A DNA stretch of 64,000 nucleotides from Chlamydiota bacterium (lineage in GTDB: Bacteria; Chlamydiota; Chlamydiia; Chlamydiales; JABDDJ01). The stretch covers positions 1,441 to 65,440 of the forward strand of contig JABDDJ010000006.1 in assembly GCA_013287645.1 (NCBI GenBank), given 5' to 3'. Of the stretch, positions 46,802-62,602 are shown in pieces (within the stretch, counting starts at the first letter, position 1; the number at the start of each line of letters is the position of its first letter). The notes below the pieces were generated by a model. The model was not told the origin of the DNA. It saw only the letters and a program-made list of their open reading frames with translations, and searched no databases. The position numbers and the translations under genes are program-made.

Positions 46802-47647
46802 ATGCGCTATTTACTCCTCTTATTAACCACACTATCTTTAACTACCCATCTACAAGCTATCGAAGAACAAATAAAAGATCCAAAACTCTATAAACAAGTA
46901 CTAAGTTATAATCCCCAACTCGTTAACAGCTATTACTATGACCCCATACCACTAGAAGAATTCGTAGAATTCCTTAACATTTACGAAAATAGACCCATCG
47001 AAACAAACATCTGCGGAATGCGTTCAGAAGGAAATTTCTTCCTATGGCACCTCCTCCGAAAAATCAAACCCTCACTCGTCATCGAAAGCGGAGTATGGAA
47101 AGGACAAAGCACCTGGACAATAGAACAAGCCGTACCTGAAGCAGAAATCATTTGCATGGATCCCGATCTAACTAACAGAATTTACATCTCTCAAGACGCA
47201 TTCTATACAACCACCGACTTCTCAGAATATGAGTTTGATCTCCCTGAAGGAAAACCCGTTGTAGCCTTCTTTGATGACCATATCAACGCCTATGATAGAG
47301 TTCTACAATGCTCCGTCAAAGGAATCAAACACATCATATTTGATGATAACTACGCACCAGGATTCGACGACTGCGTCCCCGGACACCTCACCCTCCGAGA
47401 TTGCTTCGAAATGGGAGAACACCGTGGCAAAGCAGCCGTACTTAAACACATCATCAAACGCTATGCCATCACTCCACAGATCGTTGGAAGAATGGTAAAA
47501 TACTTTCCCAACAGCAAAGCTGACAGCAACCAACCAGCCCTCTGGAAAACCCTAAACGAAATTGACCCATCAATACGCAATCGTATGAAAGTCTTTTACA
47601 ACGACGGAGCACGCTACAGATGGCTCACCTATGTAGAGTTATACTAA
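46802..47647 (+). CDS. hypothetical protein, methyltransferase-fold candidate (CmcI/TylF-like)
   Basis: 281 aa. Leader peptide; VIESGVWKGQSTW and AFFDDH...IIFDDN blocks resemble those of the MTase at 56451-57131. Confidence 0.5.
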   Translation: MRYLLLLLTTLSLTTHLQAIEEQIKDPKLYKQVLSYNPQLVNSYYYDPIPLEEFVEFLNIYENRPIETNICGMRSEGNFFLWHLLRKIKPSLVIESGVWKGQSTWTIEQAVPEAEIICMDPDLTNRIYISQDAFYTTTDFSEYEFDLPEGKPVVAFFDDHINAYDRVLQCSVKGIKHIIFDDNYAPGFDDCVPGHLTLRDCFEMGEHRGKAAVLKHIIKRYAITPQIVGRMVKYFPNSKADSNQPALWKTLNEIDPSIRNRMKVFYNDGARYRWLTYVELY

Positions 47648-47658
47648 CCTGTGTGAAT

Positions 47659-54311
<6,653 letters not shown>

Positions 54312-54452
54312 ATTCTGAGTTCAAAGGGTTTTTCATAAGTACAATAAATTGTTTAAATAAGTATTTCAATCAAAAAATTTGACAAAATTGATATGAATAT
54401 TTTTACTTGTCATGCAGGATGCAAAATTTAAAAATGATTTTAAGAGTGAGAT

Positions 54453-55499
54453 ATGAAATATCTGTTTTTGGTTTTTGTGTCAGGGTTAGTTTTATTTGTA
54501 TCGGCTATATCCGCTAGTATTCAAGGTATTTTAATTGCAAAGCCTATTGATAAACTGGTCATTTCAACTAAAAGAATCTACCTTCCCAGCTATCCTGGAG
54601 CATATAATCCCTCTATTATTAAGTTTAAAGAGGGTTATTTGATGATTTTTAGATACCTTCCGAGTCGGTATCATCAGCCTTGGCTCTCATGCATAGGGGC
54701 TGTATTACTGAATAATTCGTTTGAACCTATTTCGCATACTCAGTTGATTGACACTCGTTTTAATGATAAGAGAACGTTTTCGCAGGCTGAAGACCCGCGT
54801 GTGTTTAGTTTCGATGATAGGTTGTTTTTAATTTACAATGATAACATGGAAAAGATGTATCCATCGCTTCAGGATAGGCGTGACATGTATATTGCAGAGC
54901 TTTTTTATTTGCATAAGCAGTTTTTTATCTCTGATCCGGTTAAGTTGGTGCATGAATCGAGGTATGATACGGTTCTTTGGCAGAAAAATTGGAGTCCTTT
55001 TGTTTGGAATGGGTCTTTACTGTTCTCTTATTCGATTAATCCGCATGAAGTGGTCATTCCTGATCTTTCTACAGGTATTTGTAAAAGGGTATATGAAACA
55101 AATAGAGCGCTTTCTTGGAATTATGGGACGTTAAGGGGGAGTGCACCTGTTCAATTAGTCGATGGGGAATATTTGGGATTTTTTCATTCTGGAACAGTAA
55201 CTAGGACTACTTCTTCGGATAATAGGGATATGTGGCATTACTTTATGGGTGCTTATACTTTTGCTGCTGAGCCCCCTTTTGAATTGACAAAGATCAGCCC
55301 ATTTCCGATTGATTCGCTAGAGTTTTATACTTATTCGAGCTATGAGAAGCGTGTGATTTATCCTGGTGGGTTTGTGGTGGATGGCTCAAATCTTTATTTG
55401 TCATATGGAAAGGATGATTCGGAAATTTGGATTGCAACGATTGATTTAAATGCTCTTAAAGACTCACTGGTACCAGCTCATGAGATACAATACAGATAG
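54453..55499 (+). CDS. GH130/DUF377-like beta-propeller protein (glycoside phosphorylase/transferase-fold candidate)
   Basis: 348 aa with a signal peptide. AYNPSIIKFKEGYLMIFRY and AEDPRVFSFDDRLFLIYND blocks. Paralogous to the C-terminus of the 707-aa protein. Confidence 0.55.
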   Translation: MKYLFLVFVSGLVLFVSAISASIQGILIAKPIDKLVISTKRIYLPSYPGAYNPSIIKFKEGYLMIFRYLPSRYHQPWLSCIGAVLLNNSFEPISHTQLIDTRFNDKRTFSQAEDPRVFSFDDRLFLIYNDNMEKMYPSLQDRRDMYIAELFYLHKQFFISDPVKLVHESRYDTVLWQKNWSPFVWNGSLLFSYSINPHEVVIPDLSTGICKRVYETNRALSWNYGTLRGSAPVQLVDGEYLGFFHSGTVTRTTSSDNRDMWHYFMGAYTFAAEPPFELTKISPFPIDSLEFYTYSSYEKRVIYPGGFVVDGSNLYLSYGKDDSEIWIATIDLNALKDSLVPAHEIQYR

Positions 55500-56436
55500 T
55501 AGAACGTTAATTAAATTCTTTACTTTGTTTTTTGTTCTGCTATATGGACTTCTTGTAGCAAAATTGGAAGATCACTTTAAAATCCCTTTGGACAAATCGG
55601 GGCCTCATCAGATACGCAATATCGACTTTATTTATATGCTTAATTTGGATGAGCGGCCGGAGAAATTTATGCATTCTGTTGACGAATTGGCTCCTTATGG
55701 GATTACGCCGTTTCGTTTTTCAGCTGTCAATGGTTGGGAGCTTTCCTATGAAGTGATAGATGATGTTGGGGTTAAATATGTGCCTTGGATGAAACAGGGT
55801 TTGATGGGAACCTGTTATTTTCCTGAGTATGAGGGAGAGCCTTTTCATGAAGTGATGCAGGTGATGGGAAGGAACTATTTTTGTCACTGTATGGCGAGAG
55901 GGGCTATAGGAATTATTTTGAGTCATCTATCTATTCTTAAAGATGCGTATGATTCTGGTTATGAAACGATTTGGGTGATGGAAGATGATGTTGAGGTGAT
56001 TAAGGATCCTCATTTGATGTCAGACCTTATTGAGAAACTAGATAGCCTTGTGGGCAAGGATGGATGGGATTTTCTGTTTACTGATCAAGACACTAAGGAT
56101 CAGAATGGCCAGTACGTACCCTGTTTGGGGCATGCCTTACGACCAAATTTTACGCCTAGCAATCCTTATAAATTTTTAGAACGAGTAGATATTAGCCCAG
56201 AGTTTAGAAGGGTAGGAGCCCGTTACGGGGCATATTCGATGATTGTAAGAAGGTCTGGAATGAAGAAAATGCTTGACTTTACCCGTGAAGGGATTTTCTT
56301 ACCTTACGACATGGAATATACCCTACCGGATGATATTCGTATGTACAATGTACGCGAAGATGTTGTTTCGACTCAGCCGAGAGCTCTTTCAGACAATGGA
56401 GCGCCCAATTATAAGCATAAACTCATTGCACACTGA
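55480..56436 (+). CDS. family 25 glycosyltransferase
   Basis: IDFIYMLNLDERPEKF...ITPFRFSAVNG and GAIGIILSHLSILKDAYDSGYETIWVMEDDVEV fit the GT25 pattern. The probable start is Met11 of the ORF that opens at 55450. Confidence 0.75.
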   Translation: MRYNTDSRTLIKFFTLFFVLLYGLLVAKLEDHFKIPLDKSGPHQIRNIDFIYMLNLDERPEKFMHSVDELAPYGITPFRFSAVNGWELSYEVIDDVGVKYVPWMKQGLMGTCYFPEYEGEPFHEVMQVMGRNYFCHCMARGAIGIILSHLSILKDAYDSGYETIWVMEDDVEVIKDPHLMSDLIEKLDSLVGKDGWDFLFTDQDTKDQNGQYVPCLGHALRPNFTPSNPYKFLERVDISPEFRRVGARYGAYSMIVRRSGMKKMLDFTREGIFLPYDMEYTLPDDIRMYNVREDVVSTQPRALSDNGAPNYKHKLIAH

Positions 56437-56450
56437 ACAGGAGTTATTTC

Positions 56451-57131
56451 ATGGATCTATATGATCATCAAGGCGATAAACCAGACTATCATTATGAATG
56501 TATCGAGATGGTATCGAATACTAATATACTAGCTCAGAGGTCGAAAGAGGTAGCATTTAACTACATGGACCATTTGGAGGGCTGGTGTACACATAATAAG
56601 GCTTCCGTTTTAGTGGATTTGATTTTTATGTTGAAGCCTAAAATTGTAGTAGAAATCGGTGTGTGGGGAGGAAAGTCTTTGGTTCCAATGGGCTTAGCTC
56701 TTAAAGTCAACGGAAGAGGAAAAGCCTACGGAATAGACCCATGGGATTCTGGGGCCTCATCTGAAGGGATGGATGGTGTGAATTATGACTGGTGGAGTCA
56801 GGTGGATCATCAAATGATATTACGAGGACTACAGGCAAAAATTAGTGAATATAATCTACAAGCAAATATAGAGCTGATTAAGTCTACATCTGAGAATGCT
56901 CCATTAATTCCGAATATTGATATTTTGCATATCGATGGTAACCATTCTGAAAAGGCAGCAAATTTAGATGCTCATAAGTGGGTTCCTTTAGTGAGAAGGG
57001 GAGGAATTATTATTTTTGACGATATTACTTGGGGAACGACGGCGAGTGCGGTTAAGTGGATGGATGAAAATTGTATTCGGTTAGCCGAATTTCATGAAGA
57101 TAATGACTGGGGCATTTGGGTAAAGCCTTAA
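56451..57131 (+). CDS. class I SAM-dependent methyltransferase (Methyltransf_24-like)
   Basis: 226 aa with VVEIGVWGGKS and ILHIDGNHSEKAANLDAHKWVPLVRRGGIIIFDDI. Confidence 0.8.
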   Translation: MDLYDHQGDKPDYHYECIEMVSNTNILAQRSKEVAFNYMDHLEGWCTHNKASVLVDLIFMLKPKIVVEIGVWGGKSLVPMGLALKVNGRGKAYGIDPWDSGASSEGMDGVNYDWWSQVDHQMILRGLQAKISEYNLQANIELIKSTSENAPLIPNIDILHIDGNHSEKAANLDAHKWVPLVRRGGIIIFDDITWGTTASAVKWMDENCIRLAEFHEDNDWGIWVKP

Positions 57132-57968
57132 ATGCCAGAATTGCCTGAAGTTGAAATCATTGTTCGAGAACTTAGAGCTAGCCATTTACTGGGCCTGAAA
57201 ATTCGCGAAGTGGTTGTATTTTGGCCTAGAAGTATTGCTGAGCCGAGTATTGAGGAATTCTGTCAACAGATTCGCAATCAAACCATTAAAGATATAACTC
57301 GTCGAGGTAAGTATATCGTCTTTTCGTTGAGTCAGCAGACTTTGCTTGTGCACTTGCGTATGACGGGTAAGTTTTCTATCTCTATGCAACAAGAGATAAA
57401 GTCATCTCATGAGCGCGTCCAATTGCGTTTAGCGGATGGGCGCACTCTTCATTATGAGGATCAGCGTAAATTTGGAAAATGGTATTTACTTTTTGATCCG
57501 AGGACAAAATTACATAATCTAGGTATAGAGCCTCTATCCGAAGCGTTTACTCTGAAGGCTTTTCAACAGCTCCTTAAAACGAGCTCGCAGCAGATCAAAC
57601 CATTTTTGTTGGATCAGAAGCATTTGGTGGGCTTGGGAAATATTTATGTGGATGAGGCGTTATGGGCTTCAAAAATTCACCCAGAACAAAAAACAAATGA
57701 GGTAAAACAAGCTCAAATAAAAACTTTGCATGTAGCTATTATCGATGTTTTAAAGCAGGGGATTGAGTACCAAGGAACAACTCTGGGGTCGACACGAGCC
57801 AATTATTATAGTGTTTCAGGCCAACGGGGAGGACATCAGACTCAGTTAAAAGTGTTTAGACGTGATGGGCTACACTGCCCGAGATGTCAAACTGAGATCA
57901 TTCGGATTAAGGTGGCCCAAAGAAGCAGTCACATATGTCCAAAGTGTCAAAAAAAAACATATTCTTAA
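57132..57968 (+). CDS. mutM: formamidopyrimidine-DNA glycosylase
   Basis: 278 aa with N-terminal MPELPEVE, an H2TH region and a C-terminal zinc finger CPRCQ...CPKCQ. Confidence 0.95.
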   Translation: MPELPEVEIIVRELRASHLLGLKIREVVVFWPRSIAEPSIEEFCQQIRNQTIKDITRRGKYIVFSLSQQTLLVHLRMTGKFSISMQQEIKSSHERVQLRLADGRTLHYEDQRKFGKWYLLFDPRTKLHNLGIEPLSEAFTLKAFQQLLKTSSQQIKPFLLDQKHLVGLGNIYVDEALWASKIHPEQKTNEVKQAQIKTLHVAIIDVLKQGIEYQGTTLGSTRANYYSVSGQRGGHQTQLKVFRRDGLHCPRCQTEIIRIKVAQRSSHICPKCQKKTYS

Positions 57969-58029
57969 GATTTTATTAAAATATTTATTATCTATATATA
58001 TTAAATTTACCCCTTAATAAGGAGGAATT

Positions 58030-58515
58030 ATGGATAAAGACTTTAATCCTGAGTTTATGAAAAGGGCAATTCAGCTAAGTAGAAAAGCCTCTATCGAAGA
58101 GAAAACGGGAGGTGTTTTTGGAGCGGTAGTTGTGAAGGATGGAAAAATCATTGCTGAGGGGTATAACCAGGTCATTAAACACAAAGACCCTACTTGGCAT
58201 GCAGAGATGCAGGCTATCCGCGAAGCTTGTAAAAAATTGGGTACTCCTCATCTGAAAGGGTGTCAGATATATACAAGCGCAGAATGCTGTCCCATGTGTT
58301 TAGCGACGGCATACTGGGCACATGTAGATAAAATTTACTACGGAGCAACAACGGAAGATGCCCTGAAGTATGGAGACTTTGCCGATATTGATATCCTTGA
58401 TGAAATACGCAAAGATCCTAAAGATCGCCGCATTCAAACGAAGGAGCATATGCGTCCTGAAGCGGTAAAAGTTTGGATCGAATTTTCTGAGATGCCTGAC
58501 AGGGCACGTTATTAA
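58030..58515 (+). CDS. CDA-fold nucleoside/guanine deaminase (TadA/GuaD-like)
   Basis: 161 aa with the zinc ligand motifs HAEMQAIREA and CCPMCLATAYWA. An AAGGAGG RBS lies upstream. Confidence 0.85.
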   Translation: MDKDFNPEFMKRAIQLSRKASIEEKTGGVFGAVVVKDGKIIAEGYNQVIKHKDPTWHAEMQAIREACKKLGTPHLKGCQIYTSAECCPMCLATAYWAHVDKIYYGATTEDALKYGDFADIDILDEIRKDPKDRRIQTKEHMRPEAVKVWIEFSEMPDRARY

Positions 58516-58529
58516 AGTTTAGGTTAACT

Positions 58530-59465
58530 ATGCCAACGTATGCTCAAAATCCTACCATTCTTACATTGAGAATAGAGCTAAATCCTCAATGTAAGAGTGA
58601 TTTTGCAGAGTGGCAGGCACATTTTAACTCTAAGGTAGTCAACTTTCCCGGGTTTGTGAGTCTTGAGTTTTTGGCGCCAGGAGAGCAGCAGCAAAAGTGG
58701 CTAGTTGTCCAGCGATTTAGCAGCATGAGTGATGCGTTACTCTGGCAAGATTCGACGGAAAGCCATGGATTGATGGATGATTTAAAAAAATATAGCGTCA
58801 ACAATGGAATTCATGAAACAATGACCCAAGAATCTGCTGTGCAAAACGGTGTCACAGAGATCTTGATCACTCAAGTCCATCCACATAAAGAGCAGGCCTA
58901 TCGCGAATGGAGTGCCAAGATACATCAAGTAGAGGCTAAGTTCCCAGGATTTCGAGGCGTATATGTCCAGTCTCCCAGAGAGAAACTGGGGCATTGGATT
59001 ACTTTGTTACAATTTGATTCTATACAGAACCTCGATCAATGGCTTAAATCCTCTGAGAGAGAGTCCCTGCTCAAAGAGTCAAATACACTCATTTCTACTC
59101 TCGAAAATAATCGCATTATTTCTCCCTACATAGGATGGTTTGCGTCTATCGCGAAGGTAGGGGAGATTCCGCCTGTCTGGAAGCAGACCATGTTAGTTTT
59201 ATTGGTCTTGTTTCCTATTGTGATGTTTGAACTCAAGTTTCTATCTCCTTTAACCTCAGGACTAAACTCTTCAGTGGGGACTTTTATAGGCAATGCGATA
59301 AGTGTAACTCTGATCGCTTACCCCATGATGCCCATTGCGCTCTGGTTTTTGAGCTGGTGGCTAATGCCCAAGCGTAATCAAAAGCTATGGACCCTTTTAG
59401 GCACCCTTTTGCTACTTATTCTCTATTTGATTGAAATCCTCCTCTTCTGGCATTTCTTAAGTTAG
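58530..59465 (+). CDS. membrane protein with two ABM-like (antibiotic biosynthesis monooxygenase fold) domains, tentative
   Basis: 311 aa. Two ~90-aa alpha+beta repeats (FPGFVSLEFL..., FPGFRGVYVQ...) followed by about four TM helices. Confidence 0.5.
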   Translation: MPTYAQNPTILTLRIELNPQCKSDFAEWQAHFNSKVVNFPGFVSLEFLAPGEQQQKWLVVQRFSSMSDALLWQDSTESHGLMDDLKKYSVNNGIHETMTQESAVQNGVTEILITQVHPHKEQAYREWSAKIHQVEAKFPGFRGVYVQSPREKLGHWITLLQFDSIQNLDQWLKSSERESLLKESNTLISTLENNRIISPYIGWFASIAKVGEIPPVWKQTMLVLLVLFPIVMFELKFLSPLTSGLNSSVGTFIGNAISVTLIAYPMMPIALWFLSWWLMPKRNQKLWTLLGTLLLLILYLIEILLFWHFLS

Positions 59466-59493
59466 ATAACTATAGAAAGCCAAAGGAGATGTT

Positions 59494-59820
59494 ATGAAAA
59501 ATATTCTATTCTCACTTATTTTTTCAGGGCTTTTAGCAGGCAGTACAGCCGCTTATTCTCAAAATGCAAATCCAAATCCTAACTATTCACCTCATCCAAT
59601 GACACCCCAAACAGGTGACTATGGCAATGGTTCTAGCCAAGAGAGCGCTATTTTACGTAACTTCGAACAGCAGCGCAATTCTATCCTCAATGCCAGTGAA
59701 GGGGCATCAGATACGGATACCAACTCATCTCAGGAAGAGAGATTAAAAAGCCGTTCTATTAGACAGCAAGATGAGATCATGCAGCGCTCTTTACGACAGC
59801 AGCAAGAACTCAATCGTTAA
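59494..59820 (+). CDS. small secreted protein
   Basis: 108 aa with a signal peptide and a Q/N/S-rich mature part. An AAGGAG RBS lies upstream. Confidence 0.45.
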   Translation: MKNILFSLIFSGLLAGSTAAYSQNANPNPNYSPHPMTPQTGDYGNGSSQESAILRNFEQQRNSILNASEGASDTDTNSSQEERLKSRSIRQQDEIMQRSLRQQQELNR

Positions 59821-61255
59821 CATCTGAACCAAACCAAGTGCCTTCCCAAAGATGGATTGCAAGGGTTTCAGGCTGAATAAATTCAATAAATTTATTTACA
59901 GTAGCTGACCTAGCGACCCAGGGCATCGGATAGAAGTAAGAGCTTGGCAAAATAAGTATATTTTCTTCACCCTGAAAAAGAAGAGTCTCATTACACGCTT
60001 TTGTCACAGGCCCTGGACCTGATCTCTCACACAGAATCAAATCACCCGCTTCATCAGACGGGATAGAGTAGTCCATGCTTCGTTTCATGACAGAGCTATT
60101 TTTTGCTGCGCCGAGAATAGCAGTTCCAATGCGAGGATTAACAAATTCAGCAATACAGTTACCTTCATAGCAGGCAAAAAAGGTTAATCCATTTGAAACA
60201 AGGTCCTCAAAGGAATTGAGGCACACTGCATCGATATCGCTATAGATACCTCCATATTGATAGAGCAGCTCACAACGTAAAATGTCCGATTTCTCAGCCC
60301 AGCTAATCGATTTTTCAAAAAAAGATTGTGAATGAGGTGTCGACCAACTAAAATTTTCAATCTCTTGATCTGTCCAAAGCTTAATATCCCAATCAGGGTG
60401 GTATTTTTTCCACGATTCAACGGCTAAATTAACTCTACGAGTAGGTGGAGAGCCCAACCAAATTAAATGGATCAGATGAGGGATAGAGGGTTCTAAAGTA
60501 TGTGCAGAGCCAGTTAAAAATCTTTCACAAAAATGGTTATATCGCTCTTCAGCTAGCTTAACGTAAATGTCCTTAGTATAGCATTCATCTTGGGGAGGTA
60601 AGTTTATTTCAAGAGACTTTCGAAATGAAGTAGGCAAAAAGCCTTCAGATTTAGGCTTTAAGGCTAATAAAACTTCCATCGTAGAGTCTACAATAGACAC
60701 TGGAACTCTGTAGGGGCTACGAGTTCTCAATTTTAAAAATGCTTTATAAAACGAGAGAGCAATCTGCTTAAAATCTTCTTTAGAAGTATCTTGAAGTGTT
60801 AAGAGAATACCTTCTCTTAAATATTCTTCAGACGGCTTTAACTTTCTAGAACGCAATTGCGAGTCTAACTGGTCTACTCTCTCTTTTAACGGAAGCTTTT
60901 TATCTTCCTCATTTTCAGAAAAATAGAAACAAGTAGCTGCTACAGATAAATAAAAATTGCATTTACCATTTAATAGGATTTCAAGATCACTCTTTTCAGG
61001 AGGTCTTCCTAAATAAGCTTCTAGGAATATTTTTTCCTGATCAGGCGACATATTAGTAGTCACACATAAATAACCCAAGTCATTGTAGAAATTGTTGAAA
61101 GGCCAATTTATGAGTCTTTTCATCGAGATAGCAAATACAGAAGGATATGCCACACCTGATTCTAAACCCATTCGATACGAATGTAGAATTTTATCTGTAA
61201 GCTTAGGAATTCCAGGAATAACTATTTCGTGAACGTAAGGTGCAGCCAAATCCAT
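59810..61255 (-). CDS. GT32-type (DXD sugar-binding) glycosyltransferase, effector-like
   Basis: 481 aa. The C-terminal half has IPHLIHLIWLGSPP, WKKYHPDWDIKLW and YGGIYSDIDAVCL (Och1/TcdA-TcdB-type Gly_transf_sug motif). The N-terminal ~230 aa resemble a kinase-fold C-lobe remnant (NDLGYL...SPDQEKIFLEAYLG). Confidence 0.7.
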   Translation of the reverse strand: MDLAAPYVHEIVIPGIPKLTDKILHSYRMGLESGVAYPSVFAISMKRLINWPFNNFYNDLGYLCVTTNMSPDQEKIFLEAYLGRPPEKSDLEILLNGKCNFYLSVAATCFYFSENEEDKKLPLKERVDQLDSQLRSRKLKPSEEYLREGILLTLQDTSKEDFKQIALSFYKAFLKLRTRSPYRVPVSIVDSTMEVLLALKPKSEGFLPTSFRKSLEINLPPQDECYTKDIYVKLAEERYNHFCERFLTGSAHTLEPSIPHLIHLIWLGSPPTRRVNLAVESWKKYHPDWDIKLWTDQEIENFSWSTPHSQSFFEKSISWAEKSDILRCELLYQYGGIYSDIDAVCLNSFEDLVSNGLTFFACYEGNCIAEFVNPRIGTAILGAAKNSSVMKRSMDYSIPSDEAGDLILCERSGPGPVTKACNETLLFQGEENILILPSSYFYPMPWVARSATVNKFIEFIQPETLAIHLWEGTWFGSDVND

Positions 61256-61262
61256 TTTGAAC

Positions 61263-62582
61263 CTATATGCAATTTAGTATCTTTGGAAAGTATGGGAGCT
61301 CTTTTGCACAAAAAGTGCTCCAAGCATTCAATTTTACATCATTAATTGCCTTAATACCAAATAAGAACTCGGCACTTTTTAACAGAACCATTCTCCCTTC
61401 GTGCGTGGTCATATCGATGGAAAAGAAATCCTCACTGTTCTTCCATACACTTACAACAAAAAATTCAATATCGGCTCTCTCAATCATCCATAAGGGTAAT
61501 CCAGGATAGCCATGAATTTCCGGAGTATTGAACTGACGAGAAACAAAGTTTAGAATATGTTGAAAAGGCTTATAGTATGCAAGTCGAGTGGAATCATTAA
61601 GGTATTTAAATAATTTTATAAACTCAGTAATAGAATCTTTAGATGATTTTAACGCTATAATTTTTTCTTTAACACACTTCAAAGCCAGCTTAACAGGCTC
61701 TTCTTCAGAATATTTATCAAAGTCAGCTTGAAATCCTAATGTTTTTCCCGCTAATACTTTTTTAGCTAACCATAGATGCATGGATGAAAAACGTTTATGC
61801 TTGAGTAATTCACCATAGATTAAGTTAGCATCCTGTGTACGAAGAACCCTCTCAAAATCAGTGCAAAAGTCTTGAAATTTTTGATCCTTCATGCGAATGC
61901 AACTCGCAAAAAATGTTAGTTCATGACCTTCTAATTTTTTTTCTATTTCAGAAGGAGCAAAGACCTGTTGACGAACATCCATCACTCTATTAAGTGGTGA
62001 GAATCTTCGAAGATCAAGTAGCTTAATGCCCTCTTTTAGAGAATTATATTCTGGAAAGGTGTTACTTACTAATGCACAGTAAATCTTAAGCCTGTTTAAT
62101 GCTGTTTGAGAAGCCACCACCTTCTCATGATCATCAGAGCGTTGAGATCTGTTATAGAACTCACTCAGATATGCCAGTCCCAAATTCAGTTTTTCATATT
62201 TATGATGAAGATAAGAAATAAAGTCTTTATCCTCGATTTTTAATCGAGTTAATTCAGGTGCATAGGACGTTAAAAAATCAATGAAATCTTGGATATGTTT
62301 AGCATCATCACTTCTTTCCCAACCAAAGATACTAGAAACAGATAGAGGAGCCAATTGATAAATTAAGCCGCTATTTTTTGGTATGAATCTAAGAGTAGAA
62401 ATATCTAAGGACAATGGTGTAACTGAATTTAGTCTATCCTCTTCTATAAACCTTTCTGAGAGCGCATTTTTAGATATAGTACCAATATTTTCTAAAATTA
62501 AATCTTTTATTTTGTTTACATCATTCGTGTTCTTTAGATTTAATTTTGCAGCATATTCAAGAAATACATTTGTAACAGCCAT
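61263..62582 (-). CDS. orphan family protein, tandem paralogue 1
   Basis: 439 aa. It aligns end-to-end (roughly half the residues identical by eye) with the 62603-63931 product. There is no signal peptide. Confidence 0.6.
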   Translation of the reverse strand: MAVTNVFLEYAAKLNLKNTNDVNKIKDLILENIGTISKNALSERFIEEDRLNSVTPLSLDISTLRFIPKNSGLIYQLAPLSVSSIFGWERSDDAKHIQDFIDFLTSYAPELTRLKIEDKDFISYLHHKYEKLNLGLAYLSEFYNRSQRSDDHEKVVASQTALNRLKIYCALVSNTFPEYNSLKEGIKLLDLRRFSPLNRVMDVRQQVFAPSEIEKKLEGHELTFFASCIRMKDQKFQDFCTDFERVLRTQDANLIYGELLKHKRFSSMHLWLAKKVLAGKTLGFQADFDKYSEEEPVKLALKCVKEKIIALKSSKDSITEFIKLFKYLNDSTRLAYYKPFQHILNFVSRQFNTPEIHGYPGLPLWMIERADIEFFVVSVWKNSEDFFSIDMTTHEGRMVLLKSAEFLFGIKAINDVKLNAWSTFCAKELPYFPKILNCI

Positions 62583-62602
62583 ATATTTATCCTACGAACT
62601 GG

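Noticed and set aside
44688-47498. A cluster of same-strand and antisense overlapping ORFs (for example 44688-45176, 45650-45898, 46233-46460, 46476-46826 and 47271-47498).
   Set aside because: The G-poor, C/A-rich composition removes TAG/TGA stops in all forward frames. Their products are low-complexity (P/T/S/H/R-rich) and nested inside well-supported genes (recD, GT2, the 281-aa protein).
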